Assembly (NCBI GenBank): GCA_041742395.1
Contig: JBGSIS010000010.1
Location: forward strand, 724 to 64,723
Length of the DNA: 64,000 bases
Direction of reading: 5' to 3'
Source: Candidatus Saccharimonadales bacterium
Lineage (GTDB): Bacteria > Patescibacteriota > Saccharimonadia > Saccharimonadales > JACQNP01
Part shown: piece by piece, positions 35,029 to 43,646 of the stretch
How positions within the stretch are numbered: the first letter of the stretch is position 1
Layout: each line of letters opens with the position of its first letter
Translations under genes and position numbers: made by a program
The notes under the pieces: model-generated
Told to the model about the DNA's origin: nothing
The model's database searches: none
What the model saw: only the letters and a program-made list of their open reading frames with translations

Positions 35029-37389
35029 CTAAAGAATTTGCTTTTTTGTAGCAAAGTTAAATGCAATGAATCCAGGTATGATTGGTACCCAAAAAGTAAT
35101 TAATCTATATAGTAATGACACACTAAGTCCGATGTCTGCAGGTATGCCTATCGATACAAATCCGGCTACAAGTCCAGCTTCGGCACCACCAATACCGCCT
35201 GGAGTTGGCGTAACGCTGGCAGCCGTCGCCCCAATTGTAAATACAAAGAATGCTTGAAGTATCGATATATCTACTCCAAGTGATTGAGCACAAACATATA
35301 AGCATAGTGCATAAAAGCTGGTAATACTCATGGCACTAATTAAAGCAAAGAAAAATCTATCAGGGTGTTCAAAAAGCTTAGTCATATCTTCGCGGATAGA
35401 CCGTATTATTCTCATTGCTTTTAATCTTAGTTTTCTGGTAAAAGTAATGGCAAGTATTAAAGAAAATACAACAATCACAGCGAAGAATACAACTTTTCTA
35501 GATACTGGAATCTTTACGACTTCTCTAAAAGAACTGCTACTAAGTCCGGCGACAATAAATAAAATACAAATATGGCCAATAAGCCCGACTAAGTTATTGA
35601 GGGCAGTTATTGAGGAAGCTTGAACAGTGTCATAGCCTACCTTTTGTAAGTATCTAATATTAGTTGCAATGCCGCCTGCACTGGCTGGTAGTAATCTATT
35701 TGTGAAGCTGGTACTTATTGTAACGAGTAGCGTCTTGAAATAGTTAATAGGTAAATACGATAGGAATTTATATACCCCAGCAGCCGATAAATATGTTGCT
35801 CCGGAAAGAGCGAAAGCCCATAATATGTATCTTGTATCGGCAGTTTTGATAGCATCCATACTGTCGGATAAATTACCTAGTTGGGGTATGAAAACATAAA
35901 GGGCTAAACCGAACATGACAGTATAAAAAACTGCTTTAGTATCTATTCTTTTAATTTTTGCTTTTTTAATCGTCTCTTTATTTAACTCACTTAAAATATT
36001 CTGTCTGATTTCTTGGAGTTTCCCTTTTTGTTGCTTAAGCAGTTTTGTTGTTGCTCCAGAAAGAGAAGCATAGTCTAGATAAGGATAAGCTAATTCTAAT
36101 TCTTTTTCGCCCATTATTTTTACTGCGGTTTTAATAACGTCTTTAGTATCTGCGATTACTGATAACGATGCTATTAGCTCGACCGTATCTCTATAGAAAC
36201 TGTGCTCTTCAACCGATGCTTCAGAAAATCCGAAGTCTATAATCCAAGGTTCATCTTGATCATCTATAAATATATTTGCGACTCTTAGATCCCGGTGAAT
36301 TATATTTGAGCCATGAAGAATTTTAACTTGTTTCCAGATGTTCTCCAGAATTTCTAAATTAACATTGTTAGGATCAATTTTATCCAAAGATTTTCCATCA
36401 ATCATTTCTTGAGCCATTGCCCACATATCTTCTTTGATATGGAATATACCCCTTATTTTGGGCGTTCTTACACCATTACTAAATGCTAAACCTGCAACAT
36501 AGGCTTCATGTTCTAGTTGGCGTTTTGGTGTCATGAAAGGTGCTTCGTCTTCAAGCCGTCTATAGATAACTTTTCTAGTTAGTTTGAATAGCCAGTCGGC
36601 TACGTTATTGCTGCTATCTACTACTTTTACGAATAGGTTTTTACCGTCTTTAACCTTAACGAAAAATGGAGTACTTCCTCTAGCATCAACTTTTGCTTTT
36701 TCAATATGAACTATCTTTAGATGTAGTACGGAAATCTTCTTTTTTATTAAAGAAGTTGGTACGTATTTTCCTTGAGTATCACCAAAAGCAAAATTCAAGA
36801 CACTAGATATTGCAAGTCCGACTCCAAACCCTCCAATAACATCAACTGGCAAGTGCATTCCCAAATATATTCTGGAAATACAAACAAGTATTATCATCCA
36901 GGTAATGTACTTATGGAATACTTTTGGAGTATATACATAAGCGATAGTTCCGAGTGCCGTGGCTACCGCCGCATGGCCTGAAGGATAGCCTACAATTGAA
37001 TCTAAGTTCTCTCTTAGTTGCACATTAGAAAGTATTTCCGAAGGTCTTAGCCTTGATTCATAAGTCTTTAGCCATTTAGTTATGACCCAGGCTAGTACAC
37101 CTGCTAGTAGGAATTTTGCAGAATGGGCATAGTGTCTTCTTAGTAATGTGGCTATTGTGGCTACAAAGACAAAACCTATGGTTCCGAATACTGAGATTAA
37201 GACAAAAATTGGCGCTAAAAAGCCCGGCAAACTATTAAAAAATCTAAATAAATAAAGTTCTAATGTACCTATACCGCTATCTACAAGGAGCTGCCCAAAT
37301 AGAAAAATAGATATACCTGCAGCTGCGTAAACAATATAAACTGGATTTCTATATGAATTTATTCTATGTTTCAGCGCTGTCTTTAACAT
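35029..37389 (-). CDS. Tri-domain fusion: PAP2 phosphatase - protein-kinase-like domain - lysyl-PG-synthase-type (flippase-like) TM domain
   Basis: 786 aa. Complete PAP2 signature K108x6RP, PSGH (136-139), SRx5Hx3D (172-183). Kinase catalytic loop IIHRDLRVAN (HRD 365-367) and DFG (385-387). C-terminal ~300 aa multi-TM region resembling the LPG_synthase_TM/UPF0104 family. Confidence 0.75.
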   Translation of the reverse strand: MLKTALKHRINSYRNPVYIVYAAAGISIFLFGQLLVDSGIGTLELYLFRFFNSLPGFLAPIFVLISVFGTIGFVFVATIATLLRRHYAHSAKFLLAGVLAWVITKWLKTYESRLRPSEILSNVQLRENLDSIVGYPSGHAAVATALGTIAYVYTPKVFHKYITWMIILVCISRIYLGMHLPVDVIGGFGVGLAISSVLNFAFGDTQGKYVPTSLIKKKISVLHLKIVHIEKAKVDARGSTPFFVKVKDGKNLFVKVVDSSNNVADWLFKLTRKVIYRRLEDEAPFMTPKRQLEHEAYVAGLAFSNGVRTPKIRGIFHIKEDMWAMAQEMIDGKSLDKIDPNNVNLEILENIWKQVKILHGSNIIHRDLRVANIFIDDQDEPWIIDFGFSEASVEEHSFYRDTVELIASLSVIADTKDVIKTAVKIMGEKELELAYPYLDYASLSGATTKLLKQQKGKLQEIRQNILSELNKETIKKAKIKRIDTKAVFYTVMFGLALYVFIPQLGNLSDSMDAIKTADTRYILWAFALSGATYLSAAGVYKFLSYLPINYFKTLLVTISTSFTNRLLPASAGGIATNIRYLQKVGYDTVQASSITALNNLVGLIGHICILFIVAGLSSSSFREVVKIPVSRKVVFFAVIVVFSLILAITFTRKLRLKAMRIIRSIREDMTKLFEHPDRFFFALISAMSITSFYALCLYVCAQSLGVDISILQAFFVFTIGATAASVTPTPGGIGGAEAGLVAGFVSIGIPADIGLSVSLLYRLITFWVPIIPGFIAFNFATKKQIL

Positions 37390-37396
37390 GACGGTA

Positions 37397-40135
37397 TCAA
37401 GTTTTAGCGGATGACTTTTTTCTAATATTTACAAACCAAAGCTTAGTTCTGCTCCTGAAGAATTCTAGTATTAAGTAATAGTAAGGAAATGAGATTATTA
37501 CAAGTACAGCACTACTTATAAGTCCGCCGATTAGCGTAAAAGCTAGATTTTCCCAGAAAGGATCGCTAAGAGCCAATGGTATTAAAGCTGCGATGGCAGT
37601 TGTAGTGGTTGTAAGTAATGGCCTAAACCTTTCTTTGATTGCTTGAGCCATGGACTGTCTTGGCGAGTAGCCTAACTTTCTCTTTTGATTTGCATAGTCC
37701 GTCAGGAGAATAGAGTTATTCACGGAAATTCCGATTAAGGCGAAGAACCCTATCATAGTAAAGAACGACAATGGGTTATCTGTAGAGCTTAATATTAGGC
37801 CGACCCCAAAGAAACTAAATGGTACTGCTACTAGAATTAATATTGGTTGCAGGAAAGACCTGAACTGAAAGGCTAACAATAGATACATTACCAAAACCAG
37901 AATTGGAAGTGAAATTAGTACAGTACTAAATGAATCTTGATTTTGTGATTCTGAACCAAAGTCGAATGCAAAGTCGCTTTCACTAAGCCCTAGAGTATAG
38001 TCTTTGTTAGGTATGAATTCGTCTTCTACGACTTTTTGAGTAGCTTGTACTAATGCTGAAGTGTCATCGGAGTCGAAGCTTGCTTTTACTTCTACAACTC
38101 TATTTCCGTCTATTCTGGTAATTGTAACAAGTTCACCAGTGTATTCGGTTTTGTTAATTTGGGCTGTAGTGCCGTTATTTCTTTCTATAGTCTTATCGGT
38201 TAAAAATTTTACGAGATTATTGGCAACTTTATCGGCCTTAACAGGATCTTCGGCTGCAATCTGAACTTTAAATGGTAATTTTTCTTTTGGCGGTCCCGAA
38301 CTCACTTGGCTTACATATATATCGGCACCCGGTACTGAGCTTAGTTCTTGGGATAATTTCTCGACATACTCTTTACTAGTGGTATCTCTCTTATCAATAG
38401 GAGTAAGTGTAATATTGGCAGTTGATTGTCGTTCGTTAGCATCGCCTAAATAAGTAACTTTACTTATGTCATCGCCTAGTTTGGATGCTATTTTTGAATT
38501 AGCTTCGGCGGTAATTTCTTGAGCCTCTTCAATGCTTGTTCCAGGAGCAAATGTGAATTGTATCTGTAGTTCATTGGAATCTTTTGGAGTTGGGAAAATA
38601 TCAAACTTTAGTTTTGAAAATAGGGGCCCGCTACCTAACAGCACTATTAAACTGAAGGAAACTGCTGCTAGGGAATAAGCCGCTTTTCTTTTAGTAGAGT
38701 TTGCTGAAAGAATAATCCTTGAAAATAAGTTTCCAAGCCAGAATACACCACTACGAAAGTATTCAAATGGATTACGATTATTAGCTTTTTTATTTTCAGT
38801 CTTGTGAATGAATCTGGACATGAACGGAACGAATGTTAGTGATACTAATAGTGATACAAATAGATTAACAATTATAGTAATAGGTAGAACTCTTATAAAT
38901 TCTCCCAATATTCCTCCAAAGAATAATAATGGAGCAAATCCAAGAACTGTAGTTAATGTCCCGGCTGAACTAGCAGTTGCAATTTTCTTAATTGAAATAG
39001 CAATCGAATCTCTGGTGTCTTTATTTCTTTGTCTTTCTCTATCTATTGATTCCGCTACGATCACAATGTCGTCAACTATTAGTCCTAAACAAAGAACTAA
39101 CCCAAATAAGGTAATTGTATTTAAAGATATACCACTCAAGTAGAAAATACCTAGAGACATACTTATTGTCATCACCATAGCTAAAGCAGCAATTAATCCC
39201 GTCTTGAAACCTATATACAAGAAACAAACCAGAACAACAATTATTAATCCTTCAAGCAAATTTTTCTGAAGTGACTTTATTTGTTGCTCAATGTTTTCAG
39301 CAAAACCAGCAGCTTCGACAATTACCAGGCCGTCATTAGAGTATTTCTGGTTGATGTTAGTAAGTTCTTCCTTGAATACTTTATTGAAAGATATTATGTC
39401 GGTTCCTTCTTCAAGATTTATTCCGACAATTATGCTTGAATTAATTTCAAACTGATTATTGACTTTTGATCCAAGCCAATCAAATTTTGTCTGTTGGGTT
39501 GAAGATTTACCGGTAACTGGATTAGTTGCAGTATTTACCAGCTTTATTGTTTCTGCTGAGTTAATTTCTTCAAATTTTTGGTTTAAAGATTCACCGATTT
39601 CATCTGCTTTTTGTGACAGTAATTGATTTTCGGCATCTTTACTGGAAATTCCTACAAGTATGTCGTATTTATTATTGAACTTTGTAGCATCAATAGAGTT
39701 AAAGCTAACTTGAGCACCTTCTGGCAATTTGGTTCCACTAGATTCTAGTTTATTTTTTATCGAATCTGAACCTTCCGAAGAAGTGTATTCATCCTGGTGT
39801 TCAACTACAATTATTGCTCCATTGTTAGTGCTATTTGCTGTAGTTTTCTTTACAGTGCTATCCTCTTTTATTGAGTTTAGGATGGGAAGTGTTATATCTT
39901 GATCTACTTTATTTTTATCATCAGCAAAATACAGCACTTGAACAGTGCTTATCGATACATTAACCTGAGGAAAACCCTCTCTTTGCATGAATGTTGTATA
40001 TGAGAAGAATCCAAATAGTAAAACAGAAACCCAAATAAATATACTTGTTTTTACATGGTCAAAGAAAAATAGACTCAGTTTTTGAAACAAGCTAAGCTTT
40101 ATGGGGTCTTTACTCTTCTTCACTTTTTTAGTCAC
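37397..40135 (-). CDS. RND-superfamily transporter permease
   Basis: 912 aa. 12-TM 1+5/1+5 layout with two large external loops. N-terminus FMQREGFPQVNVSISTVQVLY is typical of AcrB-like proteins. No adaptor or outer-membrane factor gene is adjacent. Confidence 0.8.
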   Translation of the reverse strand: MTKKVKKSKDPIKLSLFQKLSLFFFDHVKTSIFIWVSVLLFGFFSYTTFMQREGFPQVNVSISTVQVLYFADDKNKVDQDITLPILNSIKEDSTVKKTTANSTNNGAIIVVEHQDEYTSSEGSDSIKNKLESSGTKLPEGAQVSFNSIDATKFNNKYDILVGISSKDAENQLLSQKADEIGESLNQKFEEINSAETIKLVNTATNPVTGKSSTQQTKFDWLGSKVNNQFEINSSIIVGINLEEGTDIISFNKVFKEELTNINQKYSNDGLVIVEAAGFAENIEQQIKSLQKNLLEGLIIVVLVCFLYIGFKTGLIAALAMVMTISMSLGIFYLSGISLNTITLFGLVLCLGLIVDDIVIVAESIDRERQRNKDTRDSIAISIKKIATASSAGTLTTVLGFAPLLFFGGILGEFIRVLPITIIVNLFVSLLVSLTFVPFMSRFIHKTENKKANNRNPFEYFRSGVFWLGNLFSRIILSANSTKRKAAYSLAAVSFSLIVLLGSGPLFSKLKFDIFPTPKDSNELQIQFTFAPGTSIEEAQEITAEANSKIASKLGDDISKVTYLGDANERQSTANITLTPIDKRDTTSKEYVEKLSQELSSVPGADIYVSQVSSGPPKEKLPFKVQIAAEDPVKADKVANNLVKFLTDKTIERNNGTTAQINKTEYTGELVTITRIDGNRVVEVKASFDSDDTSALVQATQKVVEDEFIPNKDYTLGLSESDFAFDFGSESQNQDSFSTVLISLPILVLVMYLLLAFQFRSFLQPILILVAVPFSFFGVGLILSSTDNPLSFFTMIGFFALIGISVNNSILLTDYANQKRKLGYSPRQSMAQAIKERFRPLLTTTTTAIAALIPLALSDPFWENLAFTLIGGLISSAVLVIISFPYYYLILEFFRSRTKLWFVNIRKKSSAKT

Positions 40136-40186
40136 TTCAAATATTATAGCAATAAATACATGATTTGACTTCTAAAATATGTATTT

Positions 40187-40456
40187 TTAGAAAATTGATT
40201 TTAGTATGAATCTAAGTGTAAAAAATGTAATTGTTGAGAAAATTGACAAAACGATTCCAATTATTGAAAATATTATTTCAAAATTATTATTCTTTCTCGA
40301 GTAATAAAACCAAGAGATTCCAAATATGAGACCCAGTAGAGGAACTAAACAAATTAGAATCTTTAAAATAGGAAGCTTTAAACTGAATGGTTCATCTTTT
40401 TTATTTGAAATCTTCCTATTGGAATTAACTAATTCCCCTTCAAGAACATCTTTCAT
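40187..40456 (-). CDS. Small 2-TM membrane protein
   Basis: 89 aa with two hydrophobic helices. No motif recognised. Confidence 0.4.
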   Translation of the reverse strand: MKDVLEGELVNSNRKISNKKDEPFSLKLPILKILICLVPLLGLIFGISWFYYSRKNNNFEIIFSIIGIVLSIFSTITFFTLRFILKSIF

Positions 40457-40463
40457 ATATAAA

Positions 40464-40946
40464 CTAGTTTTGAGTCGTTGATTCTTCGGTAGTCTGTTCT
40501 TTTACAGTCACAACAGCATTGAATTTTACTGGATCATTTTTATCTTGAATATTAAATGTTCCTTCATCTTCAAATATATAGGCGTAAGATCCGCCCTTTG
40601 TAGTAACTTCTTCGGCGTCAAATTCTTCAAGCTTTAACTCGTCTGCGGGACTTTGAATTATTTCGATATTACCATCCGAATTATTAGTAAACTGTATTTG
40701 TGTTCCTGGTTTTACGGAAATTGTATTTGGGGTAAATCCTTCATTGACTATCACAAGTTCTGAATTAGGTGAATTATCAGTACTTACGGTTGTCTGTTGG
40801 GTTGAGTCATTATTTTTATCCATCACTACCGCTACGATAGATACCACTAGGATTGTAATAACTACTAGAGCGGCTAGAACTATTACTTTTTTATTAAATG
40901 GATGTTTAACATTTTTTACGGAAGTATTTTGAGGCTGATTTTCCAT
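40464..40946 (-). CDS. Membrane-anchored cupredoxin-fold-like protein (no Cu ligands evident)
   Basis: 160 aa. N-terminal TM. FTPNTISVKPGTQIQFTNNSDG...GTFNI...AVVTVKE resembles cupredoxin/EfeO-like domains, but there is no Cys and the His/Met ligands are not evident. Confidence 0.4.
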   Translation of the reverse strand: MENQPQNTSVKNVKHPFNKKVIVLAALVVITILVVSIVAVVMDKNNDSTQQTTVSTDNSPNSELVIVNEGFTPNTISVKPGTQIQFTNNSDGNIEIIQSPADELKLEEFDAEEVTTKGGSYAYIFEDEGTFNIQDKNDPVKFNAVVTVKEQTTEESTTQN

Positions 40947-40947
40947 T

Positions 40948-43485
40948 TTATTTCCTCACCATTTCTACATTAATTATTTCAATTATTTCAGATCCAAGTT
41001 TGACTGGCTGAGATAAGTTTCTATAACCGATTCGGTCAAAGTTGATGTTATTAACTCTAGTAGGTACGTTAAGTAAGAAGTATATACCTGAAGAACCTGT
41101 TCGATATGTTCTTAAGTTTGATCCATCAAAGTAAGATACCTTAACTCCTCTGAGTCGTGATCTTGAAGATTTATCTATTACTCTTCCACCGATGAACACT
41201 TCCTTCAATTGACTTACAGAAGAAGTTGTAGCTGAAGAAGAGCCAGACTTAGTACTTACATTTCCTGCGACATCATATGCGGAGACACTATAGCTGTAGG
41301 TCGTAGCAGGTTGGAGTGTAGCGTCTGCAAAACTTGTGCCTGTTAATCTTTTGATCTCTGTTCCGTTTCTGTAGACTATATATCCTGCAACTCCAGTGTT
41401 GTCTGTGCTAGCAGCCCAGCTAATGTTAATTTGATTTGTACCAGTAGCTACGGTAATTACATTTTGTGGCACAGTTGGTGCAGCGGTGTCAGGTGTTGGC
41501 GGAGCAGTAATCCTTACTGAAATAGAGTTGGAAATGTTAGACGGGTTATTGTTGTTATCTCTAGCTTGTACTGTGTATGTATATTGAGTGTCGTAGGAAA
41601 TATTAGTGTTTGTATAGGTCGTTTGAGTTGTGCTTGCAATTGCTTGGCCATTTCTATAAACGGTATAGTTTTTAATTCCACTACTATCACTTGAAGCTGA
41701 CCAATTTAAAACTACATTGGTGTTATTGGTAATAGTGTATGACAGGTTACTTGGTGTTGATGGGGCTGTAGTGTCGGGAGGTACTGGGTAGTTTACTGAT
41801 ACCTGGCTTGTAAATGCACTCTGATTATTGTTTGTGTCGTAGGCAGCAATTCTATACTGATAAGTTTTTCCTTGCGATACAGCTCCATCGTTTAAGGATG
41901 TAGCGGCGGCATTTACAGCAAGAGTTGAAGTTAATACGTTATCTGTATATTTTTCAATCCTATAACCACCTAACTGTACATTATCTGTGCTTGCGACCCA
42001 GTTTAGTGTCACTACACCGTTGGCTAAGTTAGCACTAAAGTTTGTTGGTGTTGATGGGGCTGTAGTGTCTGGTGGCGGTACAACTATGTTTTGCACGTTT
42101 ATGGTTACACTTGAAGTAGCTTGATTATTATTACCGTCAAATACTCTGGATAAAATTGTATGTTGGCCGTTTGTTAGTTTTGTTGTATCTAGGCTGAATC
42201 CATAAGGACTTGAGCTGTCGGAACTATTTAATGTGCCATCAACAAAGAAGTCTACTCTGCTAACTCTATCGTTATCATTGGCGGTTACAGCAACGTTGAC
42301 TAATCCTTGTACAGTCGCACCTGCAGTTGGTGCCGAAGTAGAAATTGTTGGTAGTACGTTATCTACTGGAGTAGACTGAATCGCTACAAAAGCTGATTGG
42401 TTGCCAGTTTTATCTTTGGCGGCTACTTCAAAGTTATATGCGCTACCATTGGTTAATCCGGTAAATGTATAGGTGTTAGTTGTTACGTTAGATACATTTG
42501 TGTAAGTTGTACCACTAGCTGTTTTGTAGCGTAATTGGTAGTTTAGGAAATCTGGATCTGAATTTGCTATCCATGAAATCTTAACTTGATTACTGGTAGC
42601 GCTATCTACTTTAAGTCCTGTTGGAGTGGCTGGAGGTGTAGTATCTGGTGGAGCTACTGGTGTTGCATTTATAGCGGCGTAGTTTGAGAAATTACCATTT
42701 GTATCAGTAGCCCTAACTTCAATTACGTAGGTCGTGCCGTTGGTTAAATTAGTAATTGTTTGGCTGGTTTGAACTGTACTATTAGTTGCAACTATATAAG
42801 AAGTACTGTTAGCTACTTTGTATCTTACTTGGTAATCCCTAAGATCATTCTCAGTATTGGCATTCCATGAAACAGTAGCAATTTTGTCGCCATTAGTTAC
42901 CTTAAGCCCGGTTGGAGTGGCTGGAGGTGTAGTATCGGGTGGCGGTGGCGGGCTGTTAATCGTGATAGATGTGTTTTGAGATACGCTTAGTAGATTTGGT
43001 GGCGGTAATTGAGAAGACGCGCTGAACATCGAGGACTCAGTTTTATTTACCGTAATAGAGGTATTACCACTTCCAATTGCTTTAAATCTTGCCTTAAATA
43101 TATTTGCATTGGCGGAGTTTACTGGTGAAAATGACGTAGTATTATATGTTAGCTTTCCTGGAGTGGCTTGGTTTAATATTGGGTCATTAAAACTAAATGC
43201 ACTGGATGATTTATCAAAAGCTATAAACTCTAGGTTGGCAGGATTATATTCAATTACAGCCTTAACACTAGTAATGCTTTCGCCTCCAGTATTTGTGTTG
43301 ACTGAAAAAGTAACCTCATCGTTTAGCTTGGCGCTACTACTGGATGCAGTTATAAATATTGATGTCGTTGGAGACGCATTAACTATCAATATAATCATTG
43401 ACCCAATTAAGGCGAAAATTAGGGCGACTATTATTAACTTATTTTTACTTTTCGGTATTTGTTTTAAATTAGATACTTTATTCAT
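40948..43485 (-). CDS. Large secreted adhesin-like protein: cohesin-like domain, 5 FN3 modules, Ig-like module, CarboxypepD_reg-like C-terminus
   Basis: 845 aa. Signal anchor. Cohesin-like EVTFSVNTNTGGESITSVKAVIEYNPANLEF. FN3 modules are each introduced by PPDTT(P/A)P(A/S)TP. Ends GGRVIDKSSRSRLRGVKVSY... Confidence 0.7.
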   Translation of the reverse strand: MNKVSNLKQIPKSKNKLIIVALIFALIGSMIILIVNASPTTSIFITASSSSAKLNDEVTFSVNTNTGGESITSVKAVIEYNPANLEFIAFDKSSSAFSFNDPILNQATPGKLTYNTTSFSPVNSANANIFKARFKAIGSGNTSITVNKTESSMFSASSQLPPPNLLSVSQNTSITINSPPPPPDTTPPATPTGLKVTNGDKIATVSWNANTENDLRDYQVRYKVANSTSYIVATNSTVQTSQTITNLTNGTTYVIEVRATDTNGNFSNYAAINATPVAPPDTTPPATPTGLKVDSATSNQVKISWIANSDPDFLNYQLRYKTASGTTYTNVSNVTTNTYTFTGLTNGSAYNFEVAAKDKTGNQSAFVAIQSTPVDNVLPTISTSAPTAGATVQGLVNVAVTANDNDRVSRVDFFVDGTLNSSDSSSPYGFSLDTTKLTNGQHTILSRVFDGNNNQATSSVTINVQNIVVPPPDTTAPSTPTNFSANLANGVVTLNWVASTDNVQLGGYRIEKYTDNVLTSTLAVNAAATSLNDGAVSQGKTYQYRIAAYDTNNNQSAFTSQVSVNYPVPPDTTAPSTPSNLSYTITNNTNVVLNWSASSDSSGIKNYTVYRNGQAIASTTQTTYTNTNISYDTQYTYTVQARDNNNNPSNISNSISVRITAPPTPDTAAPTVPQNVITVATGTNQINISWAASTDNTGVAGYIVYRNGTEIKRLTGTSFADATLQPATTYSYSVSAYDVAGNVSTKSGSSSATTSSVSQLKEVFIGGRVIDKSSRSRLRGVKVSYFDGSNLRTYRTGSSGIYFLLNVPTRVNNINFDRIGYRNLSQPVKLGSEIIEIINVEMVRK
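41751..42069. repeat. 25-nt direct repeat pair inside the FN3 gene (41751-41775 and 42045-42069)
   Basis: ttggtgttgatggggctgtagtgtc occurs at both sites, 294 nt (98 codons) apart. It encodes the PDTTAPSTP linker. Confidence 0.85.
42620..42942. repeat. 32-nt direct repeat pair inside the FN3 gene (42620-42651 and 42911-42942)
   Basis: gttggagtggctggaggtgtagtatc[t/g]ggtgg, 31/32 identical, 291 nt (97 codons) apart. It encodes the PPDTTPPATPTGLKV linker. Confidence 0.85.
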
Positions 43486-43646
43486 ACCCTCATCCCAAAT
43501 TCATTTTTTATACTTAATATGATTAAACTTTATCATCATAATTTTTATATTGCTAGTGCCTAATACTAGTTATCCACAGAGTTGTTAAACTGGACTAAAA
43601 TTAAATACATTTAAATATTTAGAACATTACATATAAAATTAGATTA

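Noticed and set aside
41751-42942. Repeated DNA segments in the FN3 gene considered as CRISPR repeats or as DGR template/variable repeats.
   Set aside because: The repeats are in-frame linker codons of a protein with matching module periodicity (97-98 codons). There are only two copies of each, no reverse transcriptase or cas genes in the window, and no A-specific mismatch pattern.
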